Part shown: in pieces, positions 48,991 through 61,968 of the stretch
How the letters are laid out: the number at the start of each line of letters is the position of its first letter
How positions within the stretch are numbered: position 1 is the first letter of the stretch
From: Tubulanus polymorphus
Lineage: Eukaryota; Animalia; Nemertea
DNA: 64,000 bases
Direction: 5' to 3'
Assembly (NCBI RefSeq): GCF_964204645.1
Contig: NC_134030.1
Location: 12,173,947 to 12,237,946 of the forward strand
The notes under the pieces: generated by a model
What the model saw: only the letters and a program-made list of their open reading frames with translations
The model's database searches: none
Told to the model about the DNA's origin: nothing
Program-made: the position numbers and the translations under genes

Positions 48991-50625
48991 AATTTCTTTC
49001 TTGTTCAAATATTGCATCAGAGTAGTTCTACCTCTGAATGCGATGACACACCCATCAACACACATATGTTCTTTTCCATGTGGAAGCTATTTTTCCAGGC
49101 ATTTCGTTAAGCATTTATGATTCCTCGGATCTACGTCCATCTGCTCATCCATGAAACATACTAAAAAAATCAATAGGCCTCCATCCATTGGTATCAAATT
49201 TTGGTTGCCAGTGAGATTGGCATGCATAGGCCGGCAACCAGCCAGGAGCAGCAAGTTTACGGTCCTCTGTCCATTGTTGAGCCTGAACCTGAGCTGCACT
49301 CCGACGTACATGTCATGCCCGAGCCAACCACCAATAAGTTGTTGGTGGGAGTTCAGATGAAGATTTGTCAAACATAATAAAATATTCCCCTAAATTATTA
49401 GAAAATGTGGATAGTAAAATTATGTGAAAGTTTCTATCATTGAATGGGCATGTTGTCCAACACCACGGGGTTTTGGGCTCACTCCACTGACAGTCAATGG
49501 GGAGAGAGGAAGCGATTGAGCAAGGAGGACTGTATGTGTTCTCAGACAGAAGCAAAGCAAAGGCCGGGCTGAAGCAGAAGCCATGCGAGTCACCAGGTAG
49601 AAACAGAAAATTAGCGAATCGGGGCAGAGTGTTCCCTGGTTGAAGCAGCAAAAGCGAGGCAGAGTCGTCGTCCTTTCCCTTGAAGCAGCAAAGCTAGGCA
49701 AAGTCGTCGTCCTGTCCCTAAATGGTCATGAAATGACTAACTGCAAGACTTTCTTCAGAGTATAGACGAGAGCGATGTATTTGGCAGAGAGACGTGCACC
49801 ATCAGGCTTACAAAGATGAACTGATTTTACTGAGAATTTGCTACGGCTTTTATACAAAATTGGCTAGAAACTAATTAGAATTACAATCTGTAGAATATGG
49901 AGGTCATAGGCTTTCAAATATGGCCACCAGGGTAGCCATCCATCTTGGATTTCTTTTCACCACAATGCCTAATTCTTTATGAATTTTTTCATGTTGTGTG
50001 ATCTATGGGGCAGCGAAAATGGGCTTCTCTTTTCATGTAAGGATATACAGCCCTTTTTGTGTCACCAGATAAAAATATGCTGCTAAAAATATTCCACTTT
50101 CACTGGGAGTTTATATAGGTCCAAATATCATGTTATGTGAATTTTTTCAAATTTGGATAATTACTTCCCAAATTTGGGGATGTAGCCATTTGGCAACATT
50201 GTTCAGTGCAGGTCATAAAAAGATGTAACAAATGACAACATTGGTCGCCTCAGCACAGAAGTACACAAATGTTATCCTAACATATTCTGTTATGCTTTAT
50301 TTTTTTCAAAGTAAGTTCTTCTAACAAAATAACATCACTACTGCTTATGAAATTCAACTAAACAATTTCTTTCACCAGTGAAGCAAAGAAGAACTTGACA
50401 CTTGTCACACTTTACACGAAAAAAGCCAGTCTTACAATTTCTACAACGCCCTTTTGCACAATGAGAAGGCCAATGTGCAACTGAACCATACCGTATGTCT
50501 TCAACAGGCCTAATAGCCATTGGCTTACGGATTTTATTAGCTGGTTCTGGTGCCACGTCCAATGATGGGAGACCTCTCTTCGGAGGAACCCTGTCTGCCA
50601 TCAAAAGCGCAGAGCTAATATCTAA

Positions 50626-50894
50626 TGTCGCAGAGCGGTATTTTCCTCCGAGTAAATTACACGTAAACTCTCAGTGAGGATTTTTTATATATATATTTAT
50701 TTTCTTCCCGAACTGCGTAATTCGAAACGCGAATCAAAACGACGGGATTCCCAGGTGTGCCATTCCACTATCTCGAGTAGCTGTGCTGCGTTAACAGGGC
50801 TAACCAGTCTCCAATCTCTCCTCGTTACGGTCGAACTAACCACCATTTTTTTTTTAATGAATTGTGCAGATGATTACACGTTTATTTCACTACG
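50626..50894 (-). repeat. 3' LTR, only 219 bp shared with the 5' LTR
   Basis: 50626-50844 matches 57155-57373 (5 mismatches by my count). 50845-50894 is unrelated. A PPT-like TTAAGCAGGGGAGGAA lies at 50895-50910. Confidence 0.85.
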
Positions 50895-53800
50895 TTCCTC
50901 CCCTGCTTAAAGAAATCAACAGAATGAATCTCAAAACTCTGAATAATATTAAGCAATGAGGTAAGTATCAAAGGATTAGAGGAAATAGATTCATCTTTAG
51001 CTATACGCATCAACATCTCTGCTCTCCGCTCCCAATCTGGGATACTCAAATTCTCCTCTTTCCCAGTAGAGATACCAGCGTTGCACATCACATAATCATC
51101 ATATCTAGCTGGCACTTTCCGAGTTCTCCCTGATCTTCTAGGTGGAGTAGGTAGAGTTGACACTTCTTCCTCATCCATAGATCCATCATCGTCTCGTTCA
51201 TCAGCCTCCATAGGTAAAACATGATCTGAGCCGTCACCATTTTCTATACTTTCGGCAGGTTGCAATTCTGTTGCATTCGACCCCTCCAAAACCGTGATGA
51301 CAGCATCTTGACCAATCTGTTCGGGAACACGTATTGTCTCTATATCGTTTACCTTAGTGACTGGCACACGGGGCACTACTGTTTCTATCCCTACATCACC
51401 ATCTCTCTCAGTAATCGTTATCGTACACCCATCCATCTCAAGTAGAAGGTCATCCTCCTTCTCTTCTACAGTTTCTTCAGTCTGAATTTTCCCTTCTGTT
51501 TTTTTCACACGGTTAATTCCAGTTTCCCTCGATTCAGCCTCTTTATCATCTCGTAACGGAAATGCCAAACGATAGAGTTGATTACGATGCAAAGTCGTCT
51601 GTTTTCCTGACCGGATCCCCTCAAGTTTAGACCGGAAACTCATCGTCTTTCTGTCTAGTTACACGATACTCCTCATCGCGCCACTTACTAGATAGTTTCC
51701 CGGTAGAAGCTGGTCCGACGTTTTTAACCAGTACGAGATCACCAATTTGAATGGGACCACCGGATACCTTTTGGTCATAATACCATGCGGCTTTGTCGCC
51801 TTTCTTTTCCATTCGTTCTTTCGCAACCCTCCATGTTTCTGCTATCTCCTCCTGGATATCTTGGCCAAACTTTGTTTTCCGTTTTATCTTATCCAAACCA
51901 TACACTTGGTCAAGAGGTAAAACTGGAGTACGTCCAAACATGAGGGTGTACGGAGCAAACCCCGTAGTATCATGAGGGCTGCAGTTGTACTGCCATACTG
52001 TCGTAGAAATGTTATTCTTCCATTTGGTTTTCTGCTTCCTGTCTAAGAGTCGAAGTCTACTGAGCAGCGTGCCATTCATTCGCTCACAGCATCCATTCCC
52101 CATAGGGTGATATGGTGTCGTCCGAATTTTTTTAATCCCAAGGATTTCACACAACTCCGACATCACATTCCCCTCAAAATTCCTTCCCTGGTCGCTGTGC
52201 AACGTCTTAGGAATTCCATATCTTACGATGAAATGATCATAGATGGCACGAGCAGCTATCCGGGCATGCTGATTCCTAGTAGGGATGACGACACTAAACT
52301 TTGAATAATGATCCGTCAACACCAACAAGTTTTCATACCCATGCGATGGCTCTAACGACAGGTAATCCATTCAGAGCAGTTCAAGCGGTTCACTCGAAAC
52401 TATATTCTCTAATGGAGCAATTTGGGATTTAGCTTTATGGACCGTGCATCTCTTACAACTTCCAATGTACCACTCAACATCCCTAAACATTCCAGGCCAT
52501 GGGAATCTGCTATTGACAACTTCCCACGTTTTATCTCTCCCTAGATGACCTAATCTAGCGTGTGCTAGGTGGAGGATGTTACCACTTTCCTCAGGAGGTA
52601 CCAGCACCTGAACCTTCTCGGCATCGTGCTCCGTCTTCCTCCTCACTACAAGATCGTTCGTCAAGCTCAAGGATAGGAAATACTTACGATATTTTTGCTC
52701 CTGACGATTTGTAGGACAGAATGGCTTCCTCTCTAACAATAATCTGTGAAGCTTCGATATGACAGGATCCTGAGACTGCATCCGTTTCAAGTCGATTCTG
52801 GAAGGCTCATCCCAATTATTCTCATCGGAACTGTCTACTCCGGAAATCTGAGTGACTAATACACCAGAACAGAAAGCATGGATGACATCATTATCCACTT
52901 TCCTACTCAGACCGTCAGCGTCCGACATGTTTTTTCCAGGAACATAGTGCAGCTCTAAATCGTACACGGAAAGACTCTGTAGCCAGCGGTGACCGGTGGC
53001 GTCAAGTTTGGCATTTTTCAAAGCGTAAGTCAAAGGATTATTGTCTGTCTCGACTACACAATGATGACCGTACAGATAGGCGTGAAAGACATCACATGCC
53101 CATTCCAGAGCCAGAAACTCGAGCTTTGCCACTGGATACCTGGTTTCTGATGGCTTTAAAGTTCTGCTGGCAAAACCAATCACTCGGCGCTGATCTGCTG
53201 CTCTTGATAAAGGACTGCACCAAGTCCTGCAGTTGATGCGTCCGTTCTCAGCGTGAACGGCAACGAATAGTCCGCAAAACCCAGGATAGGAGGTTAGCAT
53301 AAAGTAGACTTCAACCGCTGGAATGCATCCTCCTCCAATTCCGTCAGTTTTGAGAGTGGGTGCTTGGACTTCCGACGAGTTTGTGGTATATCCTTAAGTA
53401 GGTCAGTGAGCGGCTTGGCAATCCGCGAAAAGTCTTTCACAAACCGGCGATAAAACCCAGCAAAACCCAAAAACGAACGTAACTCTGCAACAGTCTTCGG
53501 TGGTTGCCACTCCTCAATCGCTCTGGTCTTTTCTGGATCAGCCTCAATTCCTTTTTCTGATATCTTATGGCTAAGATACAGTACTTCGGTCTGCAGAAAC
53601 TTACATTTAGATGGTTTCGCCTTTAATCCGGCTTTCTCGAAACGCTGGAAGACTTCATTAAGCCGTTCCATGTGCTGATCTGCTCCCTTCGAAAAAACAA
53701 CGATATCGTCTATATACACCAAACAGGTTTTCAGATTTAAATCACCAAGTTTCCTCTCCATAGTTCTTTGAAACGACGCCGGGGCTCCAGTTAATCCGAA

Positions 53801-55060
53801 GGGCATCTTGTTAAATTCGTAGAACCCAAAACCTGGTCCTACGTTGAATGCCGTTTTTTCTCGATCTCTATCCGCCATCTTTAACTGCCAGTACCCACTC
53901 TTCAAATCTATCACGGTAAACCTATCAAATTCAGATAAGTTGTTCAGCACCTCGTCGATTCGTGGTAAGCTGTACCGGTCCGGTATCGTCTTTCGGTTGA
54001 GTTCGCGATAGTCCACGCAAAAACGTAATTCCCCATTTTTCTTTCTTACAAGGACGACTGGACTTGAGTAAGGGCTGATTGAGCGACGGATAACACCCGC
54101 CTCTAACATCATTTTAAGATGTTTCCTGACTTCTTCCACCATTCCGGGCGGAACATAACGATACCGAAGGTTAATAGGTTCCTCGTCCGTCATTCGAATG
54201 GTGTGTTCAGCTATGTTGTTTGTCCCCAGATCTAGATCGTCGAGCTCAAAGATATGCTTCCACTTAGTGAGTAGTCGTTTCAGCATGTCTTTCTCCTCAT
54301 CAGTTGAAACTCCTGTCAGATCAATCGATTTAAGGAACTCCTCATTTGTAACTTCCGTACCCTTTTTTACCTCAGCCTCTTCTGAACGCGTATTGACATC
54401 GCCCGAAACAACCTCCGTGACGGGAACTATACTGCTGATCACTGTCTTGTTCGGTATCGTCACTTTCTTCTCACTGGTATTCCTCATACGAACTGCAACT
54501 CGGCAACATCGTACATCTGGGAGTACAGACACAGTGGGAACAACAGACAGCGATCCAGGAATCACAAGAGAGTCTCTGGACGTCATAAAACAATTAAAAT
54601 TACTATTTACAGGAGATCGAACTAACCCGTGAATGGTAACCTCGGAATTTGGTTCAACATCAACACAATGGGTAGTTTTAACATAACATGTGGAACCATC
54701 AATACTTGAGTCGGGTGGAACCAACAGAACAGAACCGAAACACTTCAGCGCGTTAGTGCCCAATAACACAGGAACTCTGTCATGGTAGTCCGTAGAATTC
54801 ACCACTAGAAATAACACATTTGACAAAGAATCGTTGTATTCAACACTCAATGAACAATAACCCTGAAACGGTAAGTCGGCACCGGTAACAGTTGAAACTG
54901 AAAACCCGGGGCACAAATCATTTAAAGGATATACAGGCACATCTTTGCCAAAATGATTCAATAAAAACTCATGCGATACTGTTGACACCATTGAACCCGA
55001 ATCTATTAAACCAAAACATTCAATGCTACCTATCTTAAGACTTACTTCATTTGGTGCTCC
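50882..55060 (-). pseudogene. pol: pol pseudogene (protease, RT, RNase H, integrase), frameshifted
   Basis: LIDSGS protease motif, RFCVDYRELN and YIDD RT motifs, ETDNNPL RNase H, H-H-C-C and HSDQGRNFE...GNGCCERMN integrase. Confidence 0.95.
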
Positions 55061-55167
55061 GATAAAGTCCGCAGTACTGAGGCTCTCTACTTGCCCGCCC
55101 GCTCGTTGCCTCCAGGAGTGGACGTCTGATCGTTTCCCTGACTCTGCTGCGGGCAGAACTTTCTAAT

Positions 55168-56456
55168 ATGTCCTTTCTGTTTGCAACCGTAGCAGATCCT
55201 TCTAGTGGTACCAACGGCTTCCGGTTATTTCCTCTCCGCCATCCAGTTCCTTCCAATTTCTCTGTTCGAGTTGCTGTCCTTAGAGCTCTTCCATATCTCG
55301 CTGCATTTTCTCGAATTGTTTCATCAGCGTCTTCAGCTGACCGAGGATATCACCCTCTGTAGAGGAAACTGAGGTCTGCTGAACCGTAGCCCTCCTGAAA
55401 ACTTTCTTATCACCCGCAACATCCTCCTCTACCTCAGACTTCGCCTTTCGCGCCTCAGTTACTAAACGGCGGAAGGAATGCGGCGGCTCCTTGAATGCTC
55501 GAATTGCCATCTTCAGCGGCAACGAGTGCAAGCCTCTCCAGAATTGCACCTTGAGAGATTCCTGGGTAATATAAGCCTTCCCAGATGGAGTTGATCTGAT
55601 TTTTTGATGCGTTCTCCTCCAGTCTGGATGACCAATCTGCTATCGACTCCGATTCTCGTTGGATTGCTTGGTGAAACTCCACCATTAATTCCTCCGCTGT
55701 GTGAACTTCCCCAAATGTAGCTTCCATCCTATCGACTATCTCGGCGACGGTGACCAATTCGATTTCATCATACATATTAGTTAGCACACGCAATGCCGTA
55801 CCCCGCAAAGATGATCGTATGATGCGTAAACGAACTGCTTCCGATAATGACGTATCTCTCATTAACCCTCGTACTTCTTGTCGCCATTGAAGGTATGAAA
55901 CCTCTCCTTTTGACTCGGATCCACTAAACTGACCAATTCGTGGTGCTTGGATTGAGATGTTTTTCACGGCTTGGGTAGATTCTCGATAAGAAGTTGCAGC
56001 TACATCATTGACGGATTCAACCGAAGGCTTTGAAGCTGTGGTACCCGGTGCTGCATAAGACAATTCCTTCTTCACTGCTTCATGGATGTGTCCCTCCATT
56101 TTCCCTACTAATCTGCTTTTTGTTCTCGTAAGTAGGCTTGAGAATGTCTTAATCATTTCCGCCAGCTTCGTCTCTTCATCAAAAGCTTCTTTCAAAAACT
56201 CTTCGTGCGACGCATCACACCGTTTAACAGACATAACATACTCACCCTGGCTCACCTGAACCCTCGAGCCATTCAAGCGTCGTGCATCTGAAACTGAGCG
56301 CGCATTGCTAAACGTTATAAAAATACCCCCGAGGCTAGAAGACTGGCTGGAAGCTTCGACCTTGCCACACCCGGAGAAATATTCCTCACAAAATTTAGCG
56401 GTTTCTGGAATGTCATCTAATCCCCCAATTAGGACGGACCTCTCGTATAGAGCCAT
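55168..56456 (-). pseudogene. gag: gag pseudogene, PNMA (paraneoplastic Ma)-like capsid with N-terminal RRM-like region
   Basis: FSGSESKGEVSYLQWRQEV...IIRSSLRGTA...QRESESIADWSSRLE; frameshift near 55600. Confidence 0.88.
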
Positions 56457-57135
56457 AATATGCTTGCAGACAATAACTGTTCCAAAGCAAAATTATAAGC
56501 TTATTTAGCAAATCACATGCAAACCTAAGAAAAACAACACAAATGATAACTTAAGCATGAAACCGTAAACATACACGAATTTAAATCAAGCAAGTTAATT
56601 TAAATAAATAAGCAATAAATGATAACTGAAATGCTTTACAGTATAATTCAGGTAATAAAATAAACTCAAATTAAAATGAATTTCAGCATAGTCATGCATA
56701 GACGAAAACACAAAATTAAATTAAATTGTCAGTGTCTCTCGGTCACCTGCACAAAATCACCACCATGCAAATTAAATTGAGTTCAGGAACTAAAGCACAG
56801 GTCGGCAGCTTGCCAACTGATAACACAAAGCAAAATCACTAATGCTACAAGCAACTAATATTCTACCATCTACCAATAAGTAGAAAATTTTCAACCACGA
56901 AATCGATGAAATTTCACTTCCAATCCCGATGGCGTTGATGATCATTTACAAGTCGACTTAACATTTCATACACTGGTACCAGATTTACGACCAATCATCA
57001 CACGTCACTTCGGAAATTACAGTAGTATTCGTCATCGCAAGATCGGAGAATTCGTTATCGTAGGATCGTCGACACTGGACTGGCAGATGTCCGTGGTTGA
57101 CACTTTGTTGTTGATTCGTTTCAATTTTATTCTTC

Positions 57136-57152
57136 TCCCGGACGAGCCCCCA
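57136..57152 (-). promoter_or_regulatory. Primer-binding site complementary to the tRNA-Pro 3' end
   Basis: Minus strand TGGGGGCTCGTCCGGGA, 2 nt after the 5' LTR. Confidence 0.9.
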
Positions 57153-57154
57153 TA

Positions 57155-57973
57155 TGTCGCAAAGCGGTATTTTCCTCCGAGTAAATTACACGTAAACTCT
57201 CAGTGAGGATTTTTTATATATATATTTATTTTCTTCCCGAACTGCGTAATTCGAAACGCGAATCAAAACGACAGGATTCCCAGGTGTGCCATTCCACTAT
57301 CTCGAGTAGCCGTGCTGCGTTAACAGGGCTAACCTGTCTCCAATCTCTCCTCATTACGGTCGAACTAACCACCGATCTATATCACCGATCCGGTCGAACC
57401 TAAAGAGACGAAAATAGACAGAGTACAATATAGTATCAACTTTATTTTCCTACATGAAATTCACCCTACATGGCTGAATTTCCTTAACAGAGTGACCATA
57501 GGATCAATACTTACAATAGTTTTCTTATATAAACACATTTGATTCATTAATTTAATTCATTATCATACGCAACAGACATGCAAAATCAATTAATTTCCAT
57601 AACCATAATATTCCATATTAGAATACTCACCGACCAAACATCTATTCTAAAGAATGGTCCAGTTTCAGTCATATAAATACTTTTACCATAAGAGCACGGT
57701 CTAGCAACATTAACTCTTAGAATACAATGCATAAATAAATATAAATCTTACCTAAAGAGACGAAAATAGACAGAGTACAATATAGTATCAACTTTATTTT
57801 CCTACATGAAATTCACCCTACATGGCTGAATTTCCTTAACAGAGTGACAATAGGATCAGCAGACAGATTAGTACCTCAATTTGTCACAGAGGCGCCACAA
57901 TACAGTAATACAGTTTTAACCCATTCAATCCCAATTCCATTGAGATTGACATATCAAAAATCACTCTATTACA
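57155..57973 (-). repeat. 5' LTR (819 bp) with an internal 109-bp direct repeat
   Basis: Bounded by the PBS and the TSD. 57398-57506 repeats at 57750-57858 with 1 mismatch. Confidence 0.85.
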
Positions 57974-60002
57974 CTAACCTAAATTCTTTCAAAGCTTTTT
58001 GATACTTTGTTTTCAATACCTGCGCATCACGGCGAGCTAAAAACCAGGCATTGCATGTACACATATCAATTATATTGGCAAAAATTCGTTGGTAATAACG
58101 CTTAGATCTCAAGGGGGTACAGTATGGGGAAACGGTCATATCAGCCAGATCAACACCCCCATATGCTGATTATACATTTTGACAATGTTTGGTGCAGGAA
58201 TGTCCACTTTTCTTTTCTCGTTTTTGTCATAACGCTTTACAGATCCAAGTGGTTGTATACCAGCATAATAGCTGGCTAAGATCACGTGTTTATTATCGAA
58301 CCACTTCACTATGGTTACACCTGCCTTCTCATCGGTTCGGTAATCAAATGACCCCCGGCCTTCTTTGGTCTGATATTTATCAACTTTGAGAGAACAGTTT
58401 CTCAATCTGTCTCTGCTCATTGTACCCACAGAAAATATTTCCTGCTTTTTGAGGTACTCTATGAGTTCTATACACGAAAAAAAATTACACTTTAGAGTTC
58501 TGTTTATCTTGTATACTTTTGCTTAAGACAGTAACAAACTGGGCAGACTTCCCTAGTTTCTTTTCATCATCATCATCGAAATCTACATTTCTGAACGTGG
58601 ACAATCCACTGTACGGTAAGAAATCATATAATGCCAAAAACACCAGCAATGGTGAAATATTTGAAACCCCACTGTTCAGGCTTATTTTTCACATATTGCT
58701 GCAAGTTGCCTGCTCTTGTTCCGTTGTAGGGTATCATAGTTTCATCGATAGAATACTTTCCCTCTTGATCAATTTCCAATAGTTTACTCCAAACACTGTC
58801 AAGAAGTGGACGCATTAGCAAACCTGTCCTCTGGATCAATAGCATTATTATTACAGAAATGTATACGTCTTGTGATTTATTCAAATCTCTGTAGAGACAT
58901 GTGATCAGAAACTGCAGGTATACGACAGGTTTGAGACCAGTAATCACGATGCGCTGGCGATTTTAACACTCCCATTATCAACAACATCGCCAAAAAACTC
59001 TTGATTTCATCTTTGTTGGTGTTTATCGATTTACCGGTGATTTGAGTCGAATAAACATTGGTCTGTTCGACAATCATATCAGTAAGTTCTTCACTGAACA
59101 ATCTGTCAAAATACACAAATGGTGTATAGAGCCCTTCGGGCTCTTCAAACTGCACATCTTTGCTTATATCTACATTTAAATGGGATTTTTACCATTTGTA
59201 TGGGTATGCTTTTTTTCTTTTTTCTACTAGGAGGAACCAATTCACCATTATCACTATCATTCCTGTCATCATCGTCACCCTCAAGAGCGCCATCACCATC
59301 ATTGTCATCGTCACTAGATCCATCTGTTTCATGATCAGGAGGTTGAAATTCTTCATCTTCTCTACTGTCACTTGCTGCATCATCATCAGAAATATTTCCA
59401 GATGTAGGAACCAAAGCTCTCACTGATCTACCATAAAATGAGCAAGTCGGAAATGCCATTATAACTGGAATGTACAAAAATTTAAGAGATTTTAATGGGA
59501 TCCATTTATAAAATCAGTAAAAGTGTACAATGACATATAAAACACATCTAAAAAGCAATATTCTAGTCATCAGAGAGATGTACATTAATATCAGTAATTT
59601 CATCTATTCTGCACATTGTTGCCATTTGGCACAAGCAAAACGTGACTATCGAGTCCTATGTTGCCACTTGGCTACAAAGAAATTTATCGATGGATAATTT
59701 TATGATAAAAGTATTTTATTTCAAATATAGTGTTGTCTCCATGAACTTTAAGTTGTGTACAATTGAATTAGCATGTATATGTATATTTATTTTATTATTG
59801 TGACATGTAGTTATAAGTCTTCTTTACCAACACATAATATATACATTTCAACACTACCCAGCCCTCAACGGGCTTATAAGTCACCATTAATTAGATTTAT
59901 ATATAGATAAATTTAAGTGGCACTGAAAGGACATGAACTCCTTTTACTCCAACATTGTTTAATAAAAGTTGCTTGAGTTATTTGATAGTTAGCCATTAAT
60001 AT

Positions 60003-61566
60003 TTAGGGTTTTCTGTTATTTCACAGAAAACCCTATTGATATCCGCGTGATTATTAGGGTTTTCTGTTATTTCACAGAAAACCCTATTGATATCCGCGTG
60101 ATTATTATTATTATTATTTTCTTCCACACTATTTTTACCAAAAGAACATAGGCTATGTTACCTTACCGCTGTTTCATATACAATCCATATAATATCGTTC
60201 AGCTCACTGAGATCTACAAATAGCCCGCGTGTTTTTTCACGAATCATCGTTACAAAAGCGCTGTCGGGCCGTAAACATCGAAAATTTAGCTCCATTCAAT
60301 GGGGCGACATGTTTTTCGAGTCGTCATCCCGAAATCAACCCGCAGGCCGACGGTCACTTCGATTATAATTTCAAGTATAAATGAACTAATTTATTGCCGC
60401 AGACTTCACATTCAGTCGCGGTCTTCAAACAGTGATTTTAACAATAGCCCATTTTCCTCATCAAATCATATTACCGATACACTGGAAATTTACCACTTTA
60501 GATTATAAAAGCACTGTCGAGCCGTTAACATCGACGAATCGACGTGTGTTACTACATCGTCGTTCCGGGGATCAGCTGCGAGTTTCTTCTCATCATGAGA
60601 ATCAAATCGAGTACAAATTAATTCATTACTACCGGTGATTTGGCTGCGGGCGTCATGCAATTAGTTTAGCAATACCTATTTTTCTTTACCAAATTAACCG
60701 TGTATTTACTAAGATAAATCATAAGTGTACCGGGGAGTCGTAGGCCTAAACTAAACACGCCGAAGAGATATAGCGGAGAAAAGCTGTTATGTCGACGAGG
60801 TATCAAAATAAAGAAATATATTACTTTATTCGGCCGCGGGCTTCAACCTCTATATCAATACCATCAATACTCTATATGTCCTACAGTACATACCGATCAT
60901 TGTCAAATCCACAAGGTATTCACTAAATACAAGTATACAACACACTCCTATCCGTATGCTGGACTCACACTTGACATTCGGAGTAAGCGTTCGCTGTGGA
61001 GGAAAGGAGATCGTTCGCTGTGTCACTTGAAGTGTTTATCGAGTTTTACACGACCTTAAGGCTTTAGTATGGTGGCTGATAAGATAAAAAAACACGAATA
61101 TGCAAATGAGAGCGACATTACGACAAAACGACAAAACTAAAATAACGCGAGAAAACAATGATTTTGATTTTGTCGCCCGCGAAAAATTCAATATTTTGGT
61201 TTTGTCGCCCGCGAAAAATTCAATATTTTGGTTTTATTGCCCACAACAATTCATTACTTTGGTTTTATCGCCAGCGACAATTCATTATTTTGGTTTTGTC
61301 GCCCGCGACAATCCTTCTTTTTAGTTTTGTCGCCTGCGACAATTCATTATTTTGGTTTTATATTTTGTTTTTGTCGCCCGCGACAATTTTTTTTTTTGGT
61401 TTTGTCGCCCGCGACAATTCAATATTTTGGTTTTATCGCTTGCGATAATTCATTAGGGTTTTCTGACTTTCGTCGAAAACCCTCTTGAAATTCTGTTGAC
61501 TATTATTAGGGTTATCTGACTTTCGTCAAAAACCCTCTTGAAATTCTGTTGATTATTATTATTATT
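60003..61566 (+). mobile_element. HINE/Helentron-like element(s) with duplicated hairpin heads
   Basis: AGGGTTTTCTG..CAGAAAACCCT hairpin head in two copies (51-bp unit) plus (ATT)n at 60003-60116; a related head in two copies (53-bp unit) at 61452-61566. Confidence 0.6.
61160..61452. repeat. Minisatellite, about 30-bp unit, about 9 copies
   Basis: TTTTGGTTTTGTCGCCCGCGACAATTCA(A/T)TA repeated. Confidence 0.93.
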
Positions 61567-61968
61567 ATATATTTTCCGCCGATTTCGTCAAATAAAATTC
61601 ATCTTCATTCAGATTCGGCAACTGACAGCTTCGAAACGGAATGTATAAGTTTATACTGTAATAACGGTCTCTCTTAACCAACAGATTGTCTGAATGTACT
61701 TTCCATCCTATTTGAAACTTAAAATTACTTATAAGGTTACTGTAAATAAAGAATTGAATTGAATTGTTAGACAACAAGCACTGGCGAAATAACAGTTTTT
61801 GACGTCATTTAGTAAGTAAATAAAGGAGGGCTCCGAGAATTTCCAAATCACGGGGGACTATACTGGGGTTAGACCACTCAACCAAAAAGAGGATTGCTCC
61901 GATAATATCCAAATCATCTCATTTTAATTTTTTCCATCGAATACCCGTTAATTAATTTTTCCTTTCGA

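Larger units (their letters stand above)
46780..49330 (-). pseudogene. piggyBac (PGBD4-like) transposase relic, internally deleted and interrupted
   Basis: PIDFFSMF and DGCVIAFRGR (49200-49020), MGGVDKSDQLNTYY...WWKKAF (47620-47533), FYLLVTAITNAYIMYK...GRRS...RLNGLVHF (47123-46900). Confidence 0.8.
50626..57973 (-). mobile_element. Ty3/Gypsy LTR retrotransposon with PNMA-type gag, degenerate
   Basis: TG..CA ends and 4-bp TSD CTAA (50622-50625 and 57974-57977). Excision restores the piggyBac frame LKEFRLDISSALLMADR. Confidence 0.95.
50180..59680 (-). mobile_element. piggyBac (PGBD3-like) element split by the second Gypsy provirus
   Basis: Transposase pieces at 59477-57978 (YSIDETMIPYNG, VKWFDNKHV, YNQHMG) and 50625-50338 (C-terminal Cys-rich domain CRNC...CDKCQVLLC). 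Inverted TGTWGCCAnnTGGCWACA motifs lie at about 50181 and 59659. TTAA ends not located. Confidence 0.85.

Noticed and set aside
55455-56456. Domesticated PNMA-like host gene
   Set aside because: It lies within a provirus that has LTRs, a PBS and pol, and it is frameshifted.
50674-57403. Paralogous small genes MRIFYIYIYF at 50674 and 57203
   Set aside because: They are antisense readings of the shared LTR segment.
61100-61488. CRISPR array or repetitive membrane protein
   Set aside because: The units are head-to-tail with no unique spacers, there are no cas genes, and the context is eukaryotic; the ORFs are minisatellite artefacts.
61570-61720. Second RTE-X-like C-terminal fragment (RSCQLPNLNEDEFYL)
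   Set aside because: The resemblance is suggestive but too short and decayed to list as a feature.
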